This document shows, piece by piece, positions 1 to 10,099 of a stretch of 64,000 nucleotides of DNA (position 1 is its first letter; every line of letters begins with the position of its first letter). The DNA is taken from contig BTWA01000007.1 of assembly GCA_045863295.1 (NCBI GenBank), forward strand, positions 72,469 through 136,468, read 5' to 3'. The notes beneath the pieces are model-generated. The model did not search any database and had not been told where the DNA came from. It saw only the letters and a program-made list of their open reading frames with translations. Origin of the DNA: Candidatus Hydrogenedentota bacterium (lineage in GTDB: Bacteria > Hydrogenedentota > Hydrogenedentia > Hydrogenedentales > SLHB01). A program made the translations under genes and the position numbers.

Positions 1-1753
1 TCATTTCCACATAGCGAAAACCCTGAAAGGTGAAACGGGGTTCCCAGACTTCTTCTCCGCCTCCCTTGAGTGTGTAGAAGTTTTCCTGTGCGGCCCCTCG
101 GAGATTTTCGACGTACATGGTGCCATCCGGATTCAGGATTTCGCCGAACTGCATCCTCACCGTTGTGCCGGCGGGCCCGGTCACACGCAGCCGGACCCAA
201 CCCACCATGTTTTGTCCCATATCAACGATAATCGTGCCTGGAACGACTTCCTTCCAAGAGGCCGGCGATAGTTCCCGAACGGGTCGCACAGGCACTCCGG
301 GATACGCTTGACAAGGGCCCGATTTGGGCGTGTCCTTGAGAACTGGCTTCCATGCGCTAGCGTCATAGCCTGGCGCATCCCAACCCGGCAATTCCTGGGT
401 CGCGTCGTAAGTCTCTCCCTGGTAGATGTCGGAGGTGACGATAGGTCCGTGAGCCGCTTTCCAGTCGTCGCCGGTTGCAATGATTTCCGACGAGCCATCT
501 GTGTATGTGATTTCGAGTTGCGCGCAAAGTCGCGGGTGTTTGCCGTAAATGCCGGCCCTCGTTTCCCAGCCCAGATATCCGCTGTACCAGCCGTGTCCCA
601 GATAGGCGCCAAGAACGTTGTCGCCTTTCACAATCGCGTCGGTAACATCATACGTCTGATAGTAGACGCGCTTGCTGAAATCGGACCAACCCGGTCGCAG
701 ATAATCATGACTGATGCGGCGTCCGTTCATTCGGAGTTCGTATGCCCCCAAGGCCGTGATATAGACGGTGGCGGTTTGCACGGGAGACTTTGTTGTGAAG
801 GGCCTCCGCAGACAGGGACAGGGCAACGGGGCGAGCACGCCATGGGTCAAGGGCCCCCAGGGGTCCTCGTGGGCTTTCGCCACGCTGCGTACCGGCATCC
901 AGGCCGAGTCGTCGTACGATGGCACTGTGAAATCCGACGGAGGCGCGGGGACTGCCTTCCAGGTTTCGTCGACGGCCGCTGCAAATGGTTCGCCATCGGC
1001 AAATTCTATCTGCAATTTCCCGATAATGCCCGGGGTATGTCTCCAATTGCGTGCCCGTATGGCAAGCACATTGGATCCCGGCTTGATTAGTGCGGTTACG
1101 TCGTGGATCGAGCCACGGCGATAGGCCCAAAACCGGCCATCGCTCTTGCCGGCCTCCTGGCCATTGACGAAAAGCGTGTATTGATCCCCCGAGGAAAAGA
1201 GCGCCCGCGCGTGTTTGATCGTTCGGCCCTCAGAAATGGTAATCGAGCCGCGATAACCGTGAAAGGCGTCTTCGGCCTGTGAGCCAGTCTTCCCTTCGGG
1301 AAGCGAGACCCAAGTACACCCATCGAATGTGATGTCTCGTGGGGCGTCCGGCGCTGCTGGGTACGGATCGTCAAAGCCGATCCAGGCTCCCTTCCAATCT
1401 TCTTCCGCAAGCAGGCCCATGGTCCAAAGGGCGGGCGCGCTCCAAGGGCCTTCGGTTCCGTCTCGATCCCACAGACGCACTTTCCACCAGCACGCCATGC
1501 GGGAGGTTAACGGGGTGCCGGAGTAAACGATCTGGATATTGTGATCCGAGACTACCTTGCCGGTATCCCACAGGTCGCCTTGATCAGCGGCGAGCGATTC
1601 AGCGGACGAAGCTACCAGGATCTGGTAGGCCGTTTGGCGTTGTCCACGGTCATTCGATTGGACTATCCAGAATAGACGCGGTGAAGTCTCGTCAATGCCC
1701 AAGGGGTCTACTTTGTACTCTACGCGCAGACGGCCGGCTGTGATACTGCTCAT
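1..1753 (-). CDS. GH78 alpha-L-rhamnosidase, 3' end runs off the window
   Basis: Absent from the ORF track because no stop lies in the window. Manual translation from ATG 1753 (GGAGG upstream) gives MSSITAGRLRVEYKVDPLGIDETSPRLFW...DLWDTGKV...YITALGAYELRMNG...PGWSDFSKRVYYQTYDVT...IVDMGQNMVGWVRL...ENLRGA...WEPRFTFQGFRYVE, which are hallmark GH78 motifs. Confidence 0.92.
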   Translation of the reverse strand, partial: MSSITAGRLRVEYKVDPLGIDETSPRLFWIVQSNDRGQRQTAYQILVASSAESLAADQGDLWDTGKVVSDHNIQIVYSGTPLTSRMACWWKVRLWDRDGTEGPWSAPALWTMGLLAEEDWKGAWIGFDDPYPAAPDAPRDITFDGCTWVSLPEGKTGSQAEDAFHGYRGSITISEGRTIKHARALFSSGDQYTLFVNGQEAGKSDGRFWAYRRGSIHDVTALIKPGSNVLAIRARNWRHTPGIIGKLQIEFADGEPFAAAVDETWKAVPAPPSDFTVPSYDDSAWMPVRSVAKAHEDPWGPLTHGVLAPLPCPCLRRPFTTKSPVQTATVYITALGAYELRMNGRRISHDYLRPGWSDFSKRVYYQTYDVTDAIVKGDNVLGAYLGHGWYSGYLGWETRAGIYGKHPRLCAQLEITYTDGSSEIIATGDDWKAAHGPIVTSDIYQGETYDATQELPGWDAPGYDASAWKPVLKDTPKSGPCQAYPGVPVRPVRELSPASWKEVVPGTIIVDMGQNMVGWVRLRVTGPAGTTVRMQFGEILNPDGTMYVENLRGAAQENFYTLKGGGEEVWEPRFTFQGFRYVEM

Positions 1754-1932
1754 GACAGATGCTCCCTCCCCGCCGGCTGTTGAATCCGGCGCTCAAGACT
1801 TGGACTTCTATGGTAGAAACCGGAAGGAGGGGGATCAAGTGCGATTTCCGGATGGTTCTTGAAGCAATCGATTCGTAGATACCGGGCAAGCGTGTGTTTG
1901 CGCCCTCGCGGCCGATGTGAAACAATGACCCG

Positions 1933-2493
1933 ATGAAACTGGCGCGAAGTTGCGAGATTCTGGTGGGCGCGGTCTTTCTAATTGCGGCGCTGGGCAAGGC
2001 GTTTGATGTGCCCGGGTTTGTCTTTGTCATACGGGCCTATGGAATAGCGCGCGGATCCATGGAAGTCGCCACAGCCGCATATGCATTGATTGGATTGGAA
2101 ACGCTTTTGGGAGCGATGCTGGTGTCCGGCATCCGGCTGGGCGGATCCGTTGCGATAGCGTCGGCCCTCCTGCTCGTGATGATGTCCGTTCTGCTTGGGA
2201 TAGGATGGTTGAAACAGGAGCCGTTGCCGTGCGGCTGTTTCGGCGTTTTTGGCGAAACGGGAAGACCCGTGGCCATGGGCAAGAATGTCGTCATGCTAGG
2301 CATGGTCGCCACTGGGTGGTGGAGGTTGCGCACAGTGAAAGACGTACCGTCGCGATGGCGCACGGCATGGCGTGGCATCGCCACCGCATCCGTTTGCGGT
2401 GTGCTCCTTGCGGCATCACTATCGCCCAAGCCGGTAGTTCGAGGAGAATTGAAACAGCCGGTTGCGCAGTCTACCGGCGGTGAGGGGAAGTAA
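1933..2493 (+). CDS. MauE/DoxX-family membrane protein
   Basis: About 5 TM helices; GAVFLIAALGK, LE..LG and CGCFG..KN motifs of MauE. Confidence 0.8.
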   Translation: MKLARSCEILVGAVFLIAALGKAFDVPGFVFVIRAYGIARGSMEVATAAYALIGLETLLGAMLVSGIRLGGSVAIASALLLVMMSVLLGIGWLKQEPLPCGCFGVFGETGRPVAMGKNVVMLGMVATGWWRLRTVKDVPSRWRTAWRGIATASVCGVLLAASLSPKPVVRGELKQPVAQSTGGEGK

Positions 2494-2503
2494 GGAAGAC
2501 TTT

Positions 2504-3460
2504 ATGAAGCGAGCACGGTTGATCGAATTTCTGATAGGGATAGTGTTCCTGGTTGCGGCAGCCGGCAAGGCGGTCGACCTCAGCGCGTTTACGTTGCAGG
2601 TCATGTTGTATGGCGTGGTACAGGAGCCGCAGGCGCTGACTATCGTGGCCTATGCCGCCGTTGTGGTCGAGGCCCTCCTTGGCGCACTGCTTATAGGCGG
2701 CATCTGGATGGGCGGAATACCGCTAATGTCCGCTGCAGCCATGCTAATCGGCTTCTCTGGCTTGGTTGCTTATGCATGGGCCGTGCACGGCCTTACTGAT
2801 TGCGGCTGTTTTGGCAGTTTCATTTCGATGGGGCCGGGAGCAACCATTGCAAAAAATGCGATCATGCTGGGCATGTTGGGTATAGGCGCGTATTCCCGCT
2901 GGCAGTCGAAGCGCATGAACCTTCCGGTCACGCCCTCGAAGCGGGCTGCCAAGATCAGCAAAGGCATTGCGTTTGCCGGACTGGCCGTGGTCGCCGCTGC
3001 GCTCGCCTTGGGCAAGAAGCCTGAGGCTACCAAGTCGATCGTGGGAACTGCAGAGAAACCGTTTGGCGTGTTCAGTTTTGACTTCGAAGGGAAACACTAC
3101 GACTTAACACAAGGCGAATATGTTGTCGCCATGCTGAGCGCGACTTGCGAGCATTGCCAGGCCTCTGTGGCCGTGTTGAATGAGGCCATTGCGCTGCCGG
3201 AATATCCACAATTGGTAGCCGTAGTTCTGGGCAACGAAGAAGAATACAGGGAGTTTGAAGAACTGACACTGCCCATGTTTCCGACAGGCCGTACCGACAA
3301 TGCGTTGGCATTCGCCAAATTGCAGGTCAGCAAGAATTATGCACCCCCCAGTTTTCACTTTGTGCGGGATGGAGTCTCGGTGAAGGCGTCCGGCGCGATG
3401 GATCCGACATTGGACGATTTGAAAGACATTGTTCCGAACCCCGCAGCGCCCGGCGGGTGA
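2504..3460 (+). CDS. MauE/DoxX-family membrane protein fused to a C-terminal thioredoxin-like (CEHC) domain
   Basis: ATG 2504 follows AAGGAAG. Contains GIVFLVAAAGK and DCGCFGS..KN, then a soluble domain with MLSATCEHC and a candidate cis-Pro (YAPPSF). Confidence 0.8.
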   Translation: MKRARLIEFLIGIVFLVAAAGKAVDLSAFTLQVMLYGVVQEPQALTIVAYAAVVVEALLGALLIGGIWMGGIPLMSAAAMLIGFSGLVAYAWAVHGLTDCGCFGSFISMGPGATIAKNAIMLGMLGIGAYSRWQSKRMNLPVTPSKRAAKISKGIAFAGLAVVAAALALGKKPEATKSIVGTAEKPFGVFSFDFEGKHYDLTQGEYVVAMLSATCEHCQASVAVLNEAIALPEYPQLVAVVLGNEEEYREFEELTLPMFPTGRTDNALAFAKLQVSKNYAPPSFHFVRDGVSVKASGAMDPTLDDLKDIVPNPAAPGG

Positions 3461-3521
3461 TGGCGGGGAATAACCGCCAGAGCGCTATTCGCCGCGAAGC
3501 CGAAAGAAAGCAAGGATTAAT

Positions 3522-4046
3522 ATGACACCCATTTCCAAAGGCCTTGCTGTCGTGCTGGCCGAAAATATCTACGAAAATCTGGAACTGCACTATCCCCGGT
3601 TACGTTTGATTGAAGCAGGCTATGACGTAAAGGTGGCTGCACCGAAGAAAGGCGAGACTTACGGTTCAAAAGAAGGGTATCCAGCCGTCTCGGATTGTAC
3701 GTTTGACGAGATTGATCCGGACCAAGTGAAAATCTTGGTGGTTCCCGGAGGGTTTGCGCCCGACAAACTCCGGCGATATCCCGAATGCAATAGGTTTGTC
3801 GCGGCCTGTTGGGAAGCAGGGGCGATTGTGGGCAGTATTTGTCATGCAGGGTGGGTACCTATCAGCGCAAAGATTGTGAAGGGTAAGCGCATGACCAGTG
3901 TGAACGCCATCAAGGACGATCTCGAAAATGCCGGCGCCATTTGGGTGGACGAACCGTGCGTCGTCGATGGGCGAATGGTTTCGGCGCAAGTGCCAAAAGA
4001 TCTCCCCGCGATGATGAAGGCGATACTGGCGATCGCCGATGAATGA
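3522..4046 (+). CDS. PfpI/DJ-1 family (type 1 glutamine amidotransferase-like) protein
   Basis: YENLELHYP, VPGGFAPDKLR, SICHAGW nucleophile elbow, CVVDGRMVSAQVPKDLP. Confidence 0.92.
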   Translation: MTPISKGLAVVLAENIYENLELHYPRLRLIEAGYDVKVAAPKKGETYGSKEGYPAVSDCTFDEIDPDQVKILVVPGGFAPDKLRRYPECNRFVAACWEAGAIVGSICHAGWVPISAKIVKGKRMTSVNAIKDDLENAGAIWVDEPCVVDGRMVSAQVPKDLPAMMKAILAIADE

Positions 4047-4051
4047 CCTCT

Positions 4052-6913
4052 TTATTCACCAATTTCCACAACCGGACGTGAATTCAAGTCGGTCGCAAGT
4101 CGTGTCAGCGTCCAGCGCCAGTTATCGACTGTGGGCGCGATGGGGTATTGCATGCCACGCCGCCACTCGCCGATAATCCAGTACCGAAAGCGCCCATTTT
4201 CAGTTTTGCAGATCATGCGCCGCTCGCCTTCCAAATCGGCAGCGCTCTTAAAGTTTTCCGTGGGCACCACAAGGCCGAGACCGATGTCCCCGATATCGTC
4301 ACCCTGATAGCCCCACGTGCCAATCGCGCCTTGGGCAGTAGCTTCGAACGCGCGCTCGCCCGGCAATTTCATCAGTCCAGGCGCAAGATCTGCGGATGCA
4401 AATCCCTCAGGCAACTGCACGTGAATTTCACTTTCCTGGCGTTTCGCGTAGACAAAGCTTCGAAACGTGACAGCCTGATCGGGATGTGATGCCACTACAT
4501 TTCGCGCCTTGATCTCCACGGCGGCACGAACCGGACCCGAACCCAACACCCGGTGCTCGAACGTGACCGGACCCTCGCCGGCCGGACTTTGCACCAGATG
4601 CGATTCACCATTCAGTATCATGGTAAGGCCGCCAAGTCCGCTTGTCTTTCCCACGTGAAGCGCGTCTATACCCCAAGTCTGTTCCGCATGATAGTTCACA
4701 TCGACGATGGGATATACGAGACGTTCGGCGCGGGGTATCAACTGATCCACGTGCTTGCCGAAATAGTCGAATTGACCCGTATAAAAACGGAACGCGCCGT
4801 ACTCCGATTCCCACGCCACATACGCAGGATTATCCAAGACCGCGTTCGTAAGTTTCGGAAACGCGCTGCTCCTTTCGCCGTCCGGCGAGTAAAACAAATG
4901 AAACTCTGTGTCTTCGTTGGCCTGCAAATCACTCACAAAGGAAAGTTGCTGGCCATCCCATCCAAAGTCATCCACCTGATGCGGTATCTCCCGCCAGTCA
5001 ACCCATCGATCGCCTGAAACCACCGCACAGTTCCGCGGATTGAACTCAGGTGCGTGGGCCTCTATATCCGATATATTCACGACTATCGGGCATGCTTCCC
5101 TGAACGGGCCGCCTGCATTGCCGACGCGTACAGTTAACCGGTGCTTGAGCAATTGGCCGTCGTCATGGAAGTCGTGCCGCACATCCTTCGAGGCCTGTTC
5201 CGCGTTCATCAGTGTCAACACTTCAGCGGCAGCCTCGGCATAGCGACCCTTTGTATACAAGTCTGCAATGCTGCTCCACGCGGAGTGGCCTTGATGCTGT
5301 TCGCGCAGCGCCACAAACCAGCGGTCCCGCAGCAGGTCGGAATAGAATCGCAGTCCGCTCGGCGTTTGCCGGAGCCGCTCGCCTATCTCGCGCTGTGGCA
5401 TGTAGCTTTTTAGAGGGCCATTAAAAAATGCCAGAACCTCCTCCACCCCGGGAGGGGTTGCCTCTACACAGCATTGAGCAGCGTCCAGGAAACCCTGGTT
5501 GGCTTGCAGGCCATCATCCAGTTGTTCTTTGTAGAACGGGGCGATTTCCTCGAATTCCAGGTCGAATTCTCGCGAGTTGCCTTGTAGCGGCCATTCGATA
5601 TCGATGACACCGTCGTTGTTGATGTCCGCTGTGCGCACATCCAGAACCCCATCCTTATTGCGATCTTCATACGTATACGCCGCATCCACGACGCCATCGA
5701 GATTAAAATCCACATCCACGTATCCGTAATCCGCGCCAAGCAAGTGAAGCCGGTCATCGACGGGCTCGTAATAAAATCGAAGCGGGGAGGAAGGGGTGGA
5801 GGCAACCTCAATGCGCTTGTTCAATTTCGCGCTGGGGGGGCCACCTACTTGCGGGAAATCCTCGTGTTTCGAAGCTTGATTGAGAATTCCCTCCCAGCGT
5901 TCGTTGGGATCCTTGGCCACATCTTGATCGGTGTTGCTCCCAAGTTCGTCCCAAGTAAGCAGCGCCTTATCCCACGCAGCGTTCTTCGAAAACGCCTTCG
6001 TCGCATCCCATGCGAGCACGGGATGTGTGTCAATGCCGCGAATTTTCAATACCAAGGCAGCTTCAGTCTCGGCGGAGATGCCGCCTTCGCCGGGGATGGC
6101 GGTAATGGAAAAATCGTAGTCGTGGGTGTGCCGCCCATTGGCCGTGTCATCGGCGTCGATGCTGTATCGCAGATTCTGAACATCATTGCCGATTGCGCTG
6201 ATGCGAATGACCACCTCGCTGTTCCGGTCGCCGTCCGGATCGTAAAATGCGAACGGATCTTCCCAGACATTTACCCAGCGGTCATCGCCTTCGGCAAGCC
6301 GGAACTGATAGAACATCTCGTCGCCGCTGAAATGTGTCCGCCATTGACAGAGCGGTTGGTAGTAGTTTCCATTAACGTCGTACCAGAGCATGTTGTCATC
6401 GCCGACATCGACCGACCACCAAACCGTGTAGTCATCCTTTCCATCCTTCCAGTCTTTGTCGTAAAAGATGCCCATTTCGTCCAGATCGTTGTCGCCGTCG
6501 TTGTCTTGATAATCGGTGACCACGTCGATGAAACCGTCGCCGTGGTGATCCCAAAAATAAAGATCGCTGTCGAGATCGCCCCGGCCCATTTCGTGCATAT
6601 CGCCGTCTTCATCGACAACGCGGACCACCATGGGCTGAATGTCATGTCGCGGGGAGTAGTCGATGTACCACATCTCGTCGGTAAGGCCGTCGCCGTTGGT
6701 ATCGTTCTTCAGGGTCTCACCCCGTTCCATCGCCTTGACTCGTTCGACGCTCTCTGCCGGCAGCATACGCGGAAGGCCGAATATGCGTTGGAAAACGGCG
6801 GAATTGGACTTGTCCTGTGCCGACGCAGGGCTGGCCACTGCAACGATTCCCAGGACACACAAGAACAATCGTGACATTGTCGGGTTCCTCGCGAATAAAG
6901 AGTTTGATTGCAT
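4052..6913 (-). CDS. Secreted protein with Ca-binding DxDxDG repeats and a C-terminal DUF4861-like domain
   Basis: Signal peptide; many D-x-D/N-x-D-G loops; C-terminal VAWESE..FRFY..FDYFGK..DALHVGKTSGLGG..GPVRA pattern. Confidence 0.65.
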   Translation of the reverse strand: MQSNSLFARNPTMSRLFLCVLGIVAVASPASAQDKSNSAVFQRIFGLPRMLPAESVERVKAMERGETLKNDTNGDGLTDEMWYIDYSPRHDIQPMVVRVVDEDGDMHEMGRGDLDSDLYFWDHHGDGFIDVVTDYQDNDGDNDLDEMGIFYDKDWKDGKDDYTVWWSVDVGDDNMLWYDVNGNYYQPLCQWRTHFSGDEMFYQFRLAEGDDRWVNVWEDPFAFYDPDGDRNSEVVIRISAIGNDVQNLRYSIDADDTANGRHTHDYDFSITAIPGEGGISAETEAALVLKIRGIDTHPVLAWDATKAFSKNAAWDKALLTWDELGSNTDQDVAKDPNERWEGILNQASKHEDFPQVGGPPSAKLNKRIEVASTPSSPLRFYYEPVDDRLHLLGADYGYVDVDFNLDGVVDAAYTYEDRNKDGVLDVRTADINNDGVIDIEWPLQGNSREFDLEFEEIAPFYKEQLDDGLQANQGFLDAAQCCVEATPPGVEEVLAFFNGPLKSYMPQREIGERLRQTPSGLRFYSDLLRDRWFVALREQHQGHSAWSSIADLYTKGRYAEAAAEVLTLMNAEQASKDVRHDFHDDGQLLKHRLTVRVGNAGGPFREACPIVVNISDIEAHAPEFNPRNCAVVSGDRWVDWREIPHQVDDFGWDGQQLSFVSDLQANEDTEFHLFYSPDGERSSAFPKLTNAVLDNPAYVAWESEYGAFRFYTGQFDYFGKHVDQLIPRAERLVYPIVDVNYHAEQTWGIDALHVGKTSGLGGLTMILNGESHLVQSPAGEGPVTFEHRVLGSGPVRAAVEIKARNVVASHPDQAVTFRSFVYAKRQESEIHVQLPEGFASADLAPGLMKLPGERAFEATAQGAIGTWGYQGDDIGDIGLGLVVPTENFKSAADLEGERRMICKTENGRFRYWIIGEWRRGMQYPIAPTVDNWRWTLTRLATDLNSRPVVEIGE

Positions 6914-6995
6914 GGTAGCGTTTCACGTGAGATTTTGCTAGCCTGCCCGGAGGGATCGTATCCAGTGTTTCGTTAGTGGTGTGGAGTATGGGGCA

Positions 6996-9900
6996 ATGAA
7001 GAATTCACTGTGGAAGGCCTTCGTCTTTACGTGCTTTGCGCTTGGCGCCAACGCACAAGCGCCGGAATCAGAATCGCGCAAAGCCGAGTACGTGCACCAA
7101 GTGACCCGAGGCGCCGGGTTGATGCCATGGCAGACTTCCGGCACTTCTGAAATGGAAACAGCGTTTAGAACGTCCGCCGAAAGCAGGAAAGACGGGTTGC
7201 TGGCGGCCCGCAGCACGATCCAGCGTCCAGCCTTGATTGATGCCGAAGCATTCGCCCGGGCCAAAGCCAATATTGAAGAATGGGATTGGGCTCAAAGTTG
7301 GCTGCAATCTCAAATTGGACTCGCTGACTATGTAGCCGCCCAGCCGGTTTCCTGGATAGACGCGATGATTCCGGAATTGTCGCCCGCGCATGGATACGGG
7401 TTCACCTGTCCCGTATGCGTGGGCGATAAGAGTCAGGAAGCGGTGGGCTCGGGGCTGGCCGGTTGGAGCTACGAGAATCCGGAAGTCCTTACCTGCCGCG
7501 CCTGCGGCCAGGTGTATCCCGATCCCGCCTTCCCCGAAACCGCTGTGTTGAAAATGCCGCGCATGGACCAGGAAATTACGTACTATCTGAACCCAGCGGA
7601 ACAGGCAAACCCGGACGATCGATCCGGAAAGCTGGCATGGCATTGGGTGAACTATCCAATTCACGTCAGCTTTACCGGGCTTGTTCGAGAGAAGAAACTC
7701 GATTTCATGCGCACGGCGGCAAGGGCGACCGCGCTGGCGCACGCCTTTACCGGCAAACCGGAATACGCAGAAGCCACCCGTGCCATTCTCACCCGCTTCG
7801 CGCATTGCTACCGCAACTGGCTCTATCGCGACTATTGGGACACCTACGCCGACTGCGATCCACTTTATGCCGCATGGCACGACAGAGCCCTGCCATTGGA
7901 ATGGAAACGTCATTTGAGCGAAAGCGCCTTTGCGGAGGATACGCTGGAAAAGGCCTCCATGCTGCAAACCTATTGGGGCGCTGGCCGCGTGCATCCCAGC
8001 ACCGACGCCATCAGCGGCCTGGATGAATTCGCATTGGCGTACGACCTGACCATTGACGCCGCCGCTCCAGACGGCGAGCCGATATGGGACGATACAAGCC
8101 GTGCCAAGGTCGAGCGAGATTTGTTCCTGGAGTATCTGTTTGGCGCGGAACCCTATATCGGCGGCCCCGGCAAAGCAGAGAACAAGAACAACAAGTCGCC
8201 CCGCATTTACAACGCCATGGCGGCCGTGGCCAAGGTGCTTGGCCTGCCTGCCTATGCAGATGTCGCGCTCAAAGGATACGAAGTGGTGCGGGATCAGTCG
8301 TTCCTGTACGACGGAGTCAGCAGTGAAAGCCCTTCGTACACCGACATGTACCTCGCCCAACTGTTGATTGTGCCGGAGACCCTGCACGGCTTTGTTTGGC
8401 CGGATGGATATGCCGGGCGCAGCGGTACAGTGGATTATTATTCGTCAGACGAATTGTTGCGCCGGATGTACCGGGGTGTCTTGTGGTCGCTCCAACCCGA
8501 TGGAACCTATCTTCCCTTGAGCGACAGTCACGTGCACGATCCCCCCTCCCAACATATCGCGCTTATGGGATTGAAGCGCTACCCCGAGTTCTATGCTGGA
8601 GTGCTGCCCAGTCTGTACAAACGGTCCGGCGGCGAATACGCGCTCTTTAACTTGTCGCGCGAGGAACTCTTGAGCGACACAGGATTCAACCCGCCGGAGA
8701 CCTTTTTCCCAGCATGGCAAACCGCTGTCTTGCGGCACGGCTTAGGAACCGAGGGCAGTGTACTGTCGCTGGTGCTGAATCCCAGCGGCGGTCACCGGCA
8801 TCGGGATAACCTGGCCCTATTCTATGCCGGCCAAGGCGATACCGCCGTTGGAGACCACGGATACGTGGGCGACATGCCCATCAACAATTGGATTCGAAGC
8901 ACCTACAGCCACAACTTGGTAATCGTGGATGATGCCGAGCAGGAGTTCGGCAACCGCGATCCCGAATTCGGATTCATGGCGACCTCACCGTTGGCCTCCG
9001 TTGTGGAAGGCACGTCAAACGCATATCCGCAGTGTGCGGAATATCGAAGACGCGTTGTGTTGGTGAAACTCCCTCAAGGTGGAACGTTCGCGATTGATCT
9101 GTTCGCCGTGGCCGGTGGTAACAAACACGCGTTTCGCACTTATAGCGAGATTGCCGCAAGCGACAGTACGAACGGCAGAATCACTTTTGATGGCGTCGCA
9201 ATGCCGGACGAACCGCCGCTCCCGGAAGTAGGGGCAAGCCTGGCCGATGCAGACATATTTGGCCTCCGTGATGTTCGAAGCGCCGTCCCAACTCGTTCGC
9301 CATGGCACGCAACCTGGCGCGATGATCGGCGCGCATACCGTTTGTGGATGGCAACTTCCCTCGAACGCGTGGAAGCGTCAAATGGGCCCGGCCAACGATC
9401 GCTTGAGGAGACCGGCCGTCGTGTTCGTTACGTGGATAGCGTTCGCGAAGGCGCTGCCCTGCGAAGTGCCTATGCGGCCGTCCACGAACCTTCCGATCAG
9501 GCTGGGGGATTTGCCATTGAAACAGTGGATTTGTTGGACGTCACCGCCGCCGGCGATAAAGCGCTAGCGCTGCGAATCACCTCGAAAGCAGGCGACTATC
9601 TCGTCCTGAACGATTTTCAGAATGCCGTTTCCGTCGACGGGATCCGGTTCGCCGGCGCCTTTGCATTGATTCGCGGACAAAGCGGCCAGTGGAAAGACTG
9701 GTTGACGGTAGGGGCGACGCACTTTGCCGAAGGGGAAGCGTCGGTAACACGGGAGGCCGGTATCATCGCGGGGTCCCCAAAGTCGCAAGCTCCGGAAGCG
9801 ATAGTCGCTGAGTCAGTTGTCCCCGTCGGGTGGATCGACAGCGACGAGGGCGTGAGATCCTACCTTCGCGTAAAGGCGGAGACCGGCTGGACGGGGTTTC

Positions 9901-10004
9901 CCGTGCACTCGGTGGATGGTTCCGAAATCCATATTGACGACTATCCAGTGCCGGCCATTTCGAACTACGAGTTGCCGGCCGTCGACTATACCTCGCGACC
10001 CTGA
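6996..10004 (+). CDS. Secreted heparinase II/III-like (alginate-lyase-like helical barrel plus beta-sandwich) protein
   Basis: Signal peptide MKNSLWK...ANAQ; DGVSSESPSY, GGHRHRDNL, DHGY, STYSHNLVIVD, YRRRVVLV motifs. Confidence 0.8.
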   Translation: MKNSLWKAFVFTCFALGANAQAPESESRKAEYVHQVTRGAGLMPWQTSGTSEMETAFRTSAESRKDGLLAARSTIQRPALIDAEAFARAKANIEEWDWAQSWLQSQIGLADYVAAQPVSWIDAMIPELSPAHGYGFTCPVCVGDKSQEAVGSGLAGWSYENPEVLTCRACGQVYPDPAFPETAVLKMPRMDQEITYYLNPAEQANPDDRSGKLAWHWVNYPIHVSFTGLVREKKLDFMRTAARATALAHAFTGKPEYAEATRAILTRFAHCYRNWLYRDYWDTYADCDPLYAAWHDRALPLEWKRHLSESAFAEDTLEKASMLQTYWGAGRVHPSTDAISGLDEFALAYDLTIDAAAPDGEPIWDDTSRAKVERDLFLEYLFGAEPYIGGPGKAENKNNKSPRIYNAMAAVAKVLGLPAYADVALKGYEVVRDQSFLYDGVSSESPSYTDMYLAQLLIVPETLHGFVWPDGYAGRSGTVDYYSSDELLRRMYRGVLWSLQPDGTYLPLSDSHVHDPPSQHIALMGLKRYPEFYAGVLPSLYKRSGGEYALFNLSREELLSDTGFNPPETFFPAWQTAVLRHGLGTEGSVLSLVLNPSGGHRHRDNLALFYAGQGDTAVGDHGYVGDMPINNWIRSTYSHNLVIVDDAEQEFGNRDPEFGFMATSPLASVVEGTSNAYPQCAEYRRRVVLVKLPQGGTFAIDLFAVAGGNKHAFRTYSEIAASDSTNGRITFDGVAMPDEPPLPEVGASLADADIFGLRDVRSAVPTRSPWHATWRDDRRAYRLWMATSLERVEASNGPGQRSLEETGRRVRYVDSVREGAALRSAYAAVHEPSDQAGGFAIETVDLLDVTAAGDKALALRITSKAGDYLVLNDFQNAVSVDGIRFAGAFALIRGQSGQWKDWLTVGATHFAEGEASVTREAGIIAGSPKSQAPEAIVAESVVPVGWIDSDEGVRSYLRVKAETGWTGFPVHSVDGSEIHIDDYPVPAISNYELPAVDYTSRP

Positions 10005-10099
10005 ATCCAAGACAATTTCATTGGCGAATTATCCTGCTCGACAGGTATACAATGAACGATCTTGGGAGTCTTGTTTCGCCAATTGCGGAGGGGTATGGC

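Noticed and set aside
117..1743. Many short ORFs listed in the track
   Set aside because: All overlap the GH78 reading frame, which the track missed because it runs off the edge.
2462..2504. Possible frameshift joining the two MauE ORFs
   Set aside because: Each ORF has its own complete MauE domain, and the second has an RBS and ATG.
5744..8387. Long antisense ORFs 5744-6874 (+) and 7068-8387 (-)
   Set aside because: They are shadows of well-supported genes on the opposite strand in GC-rich DNA and carry no motifs.
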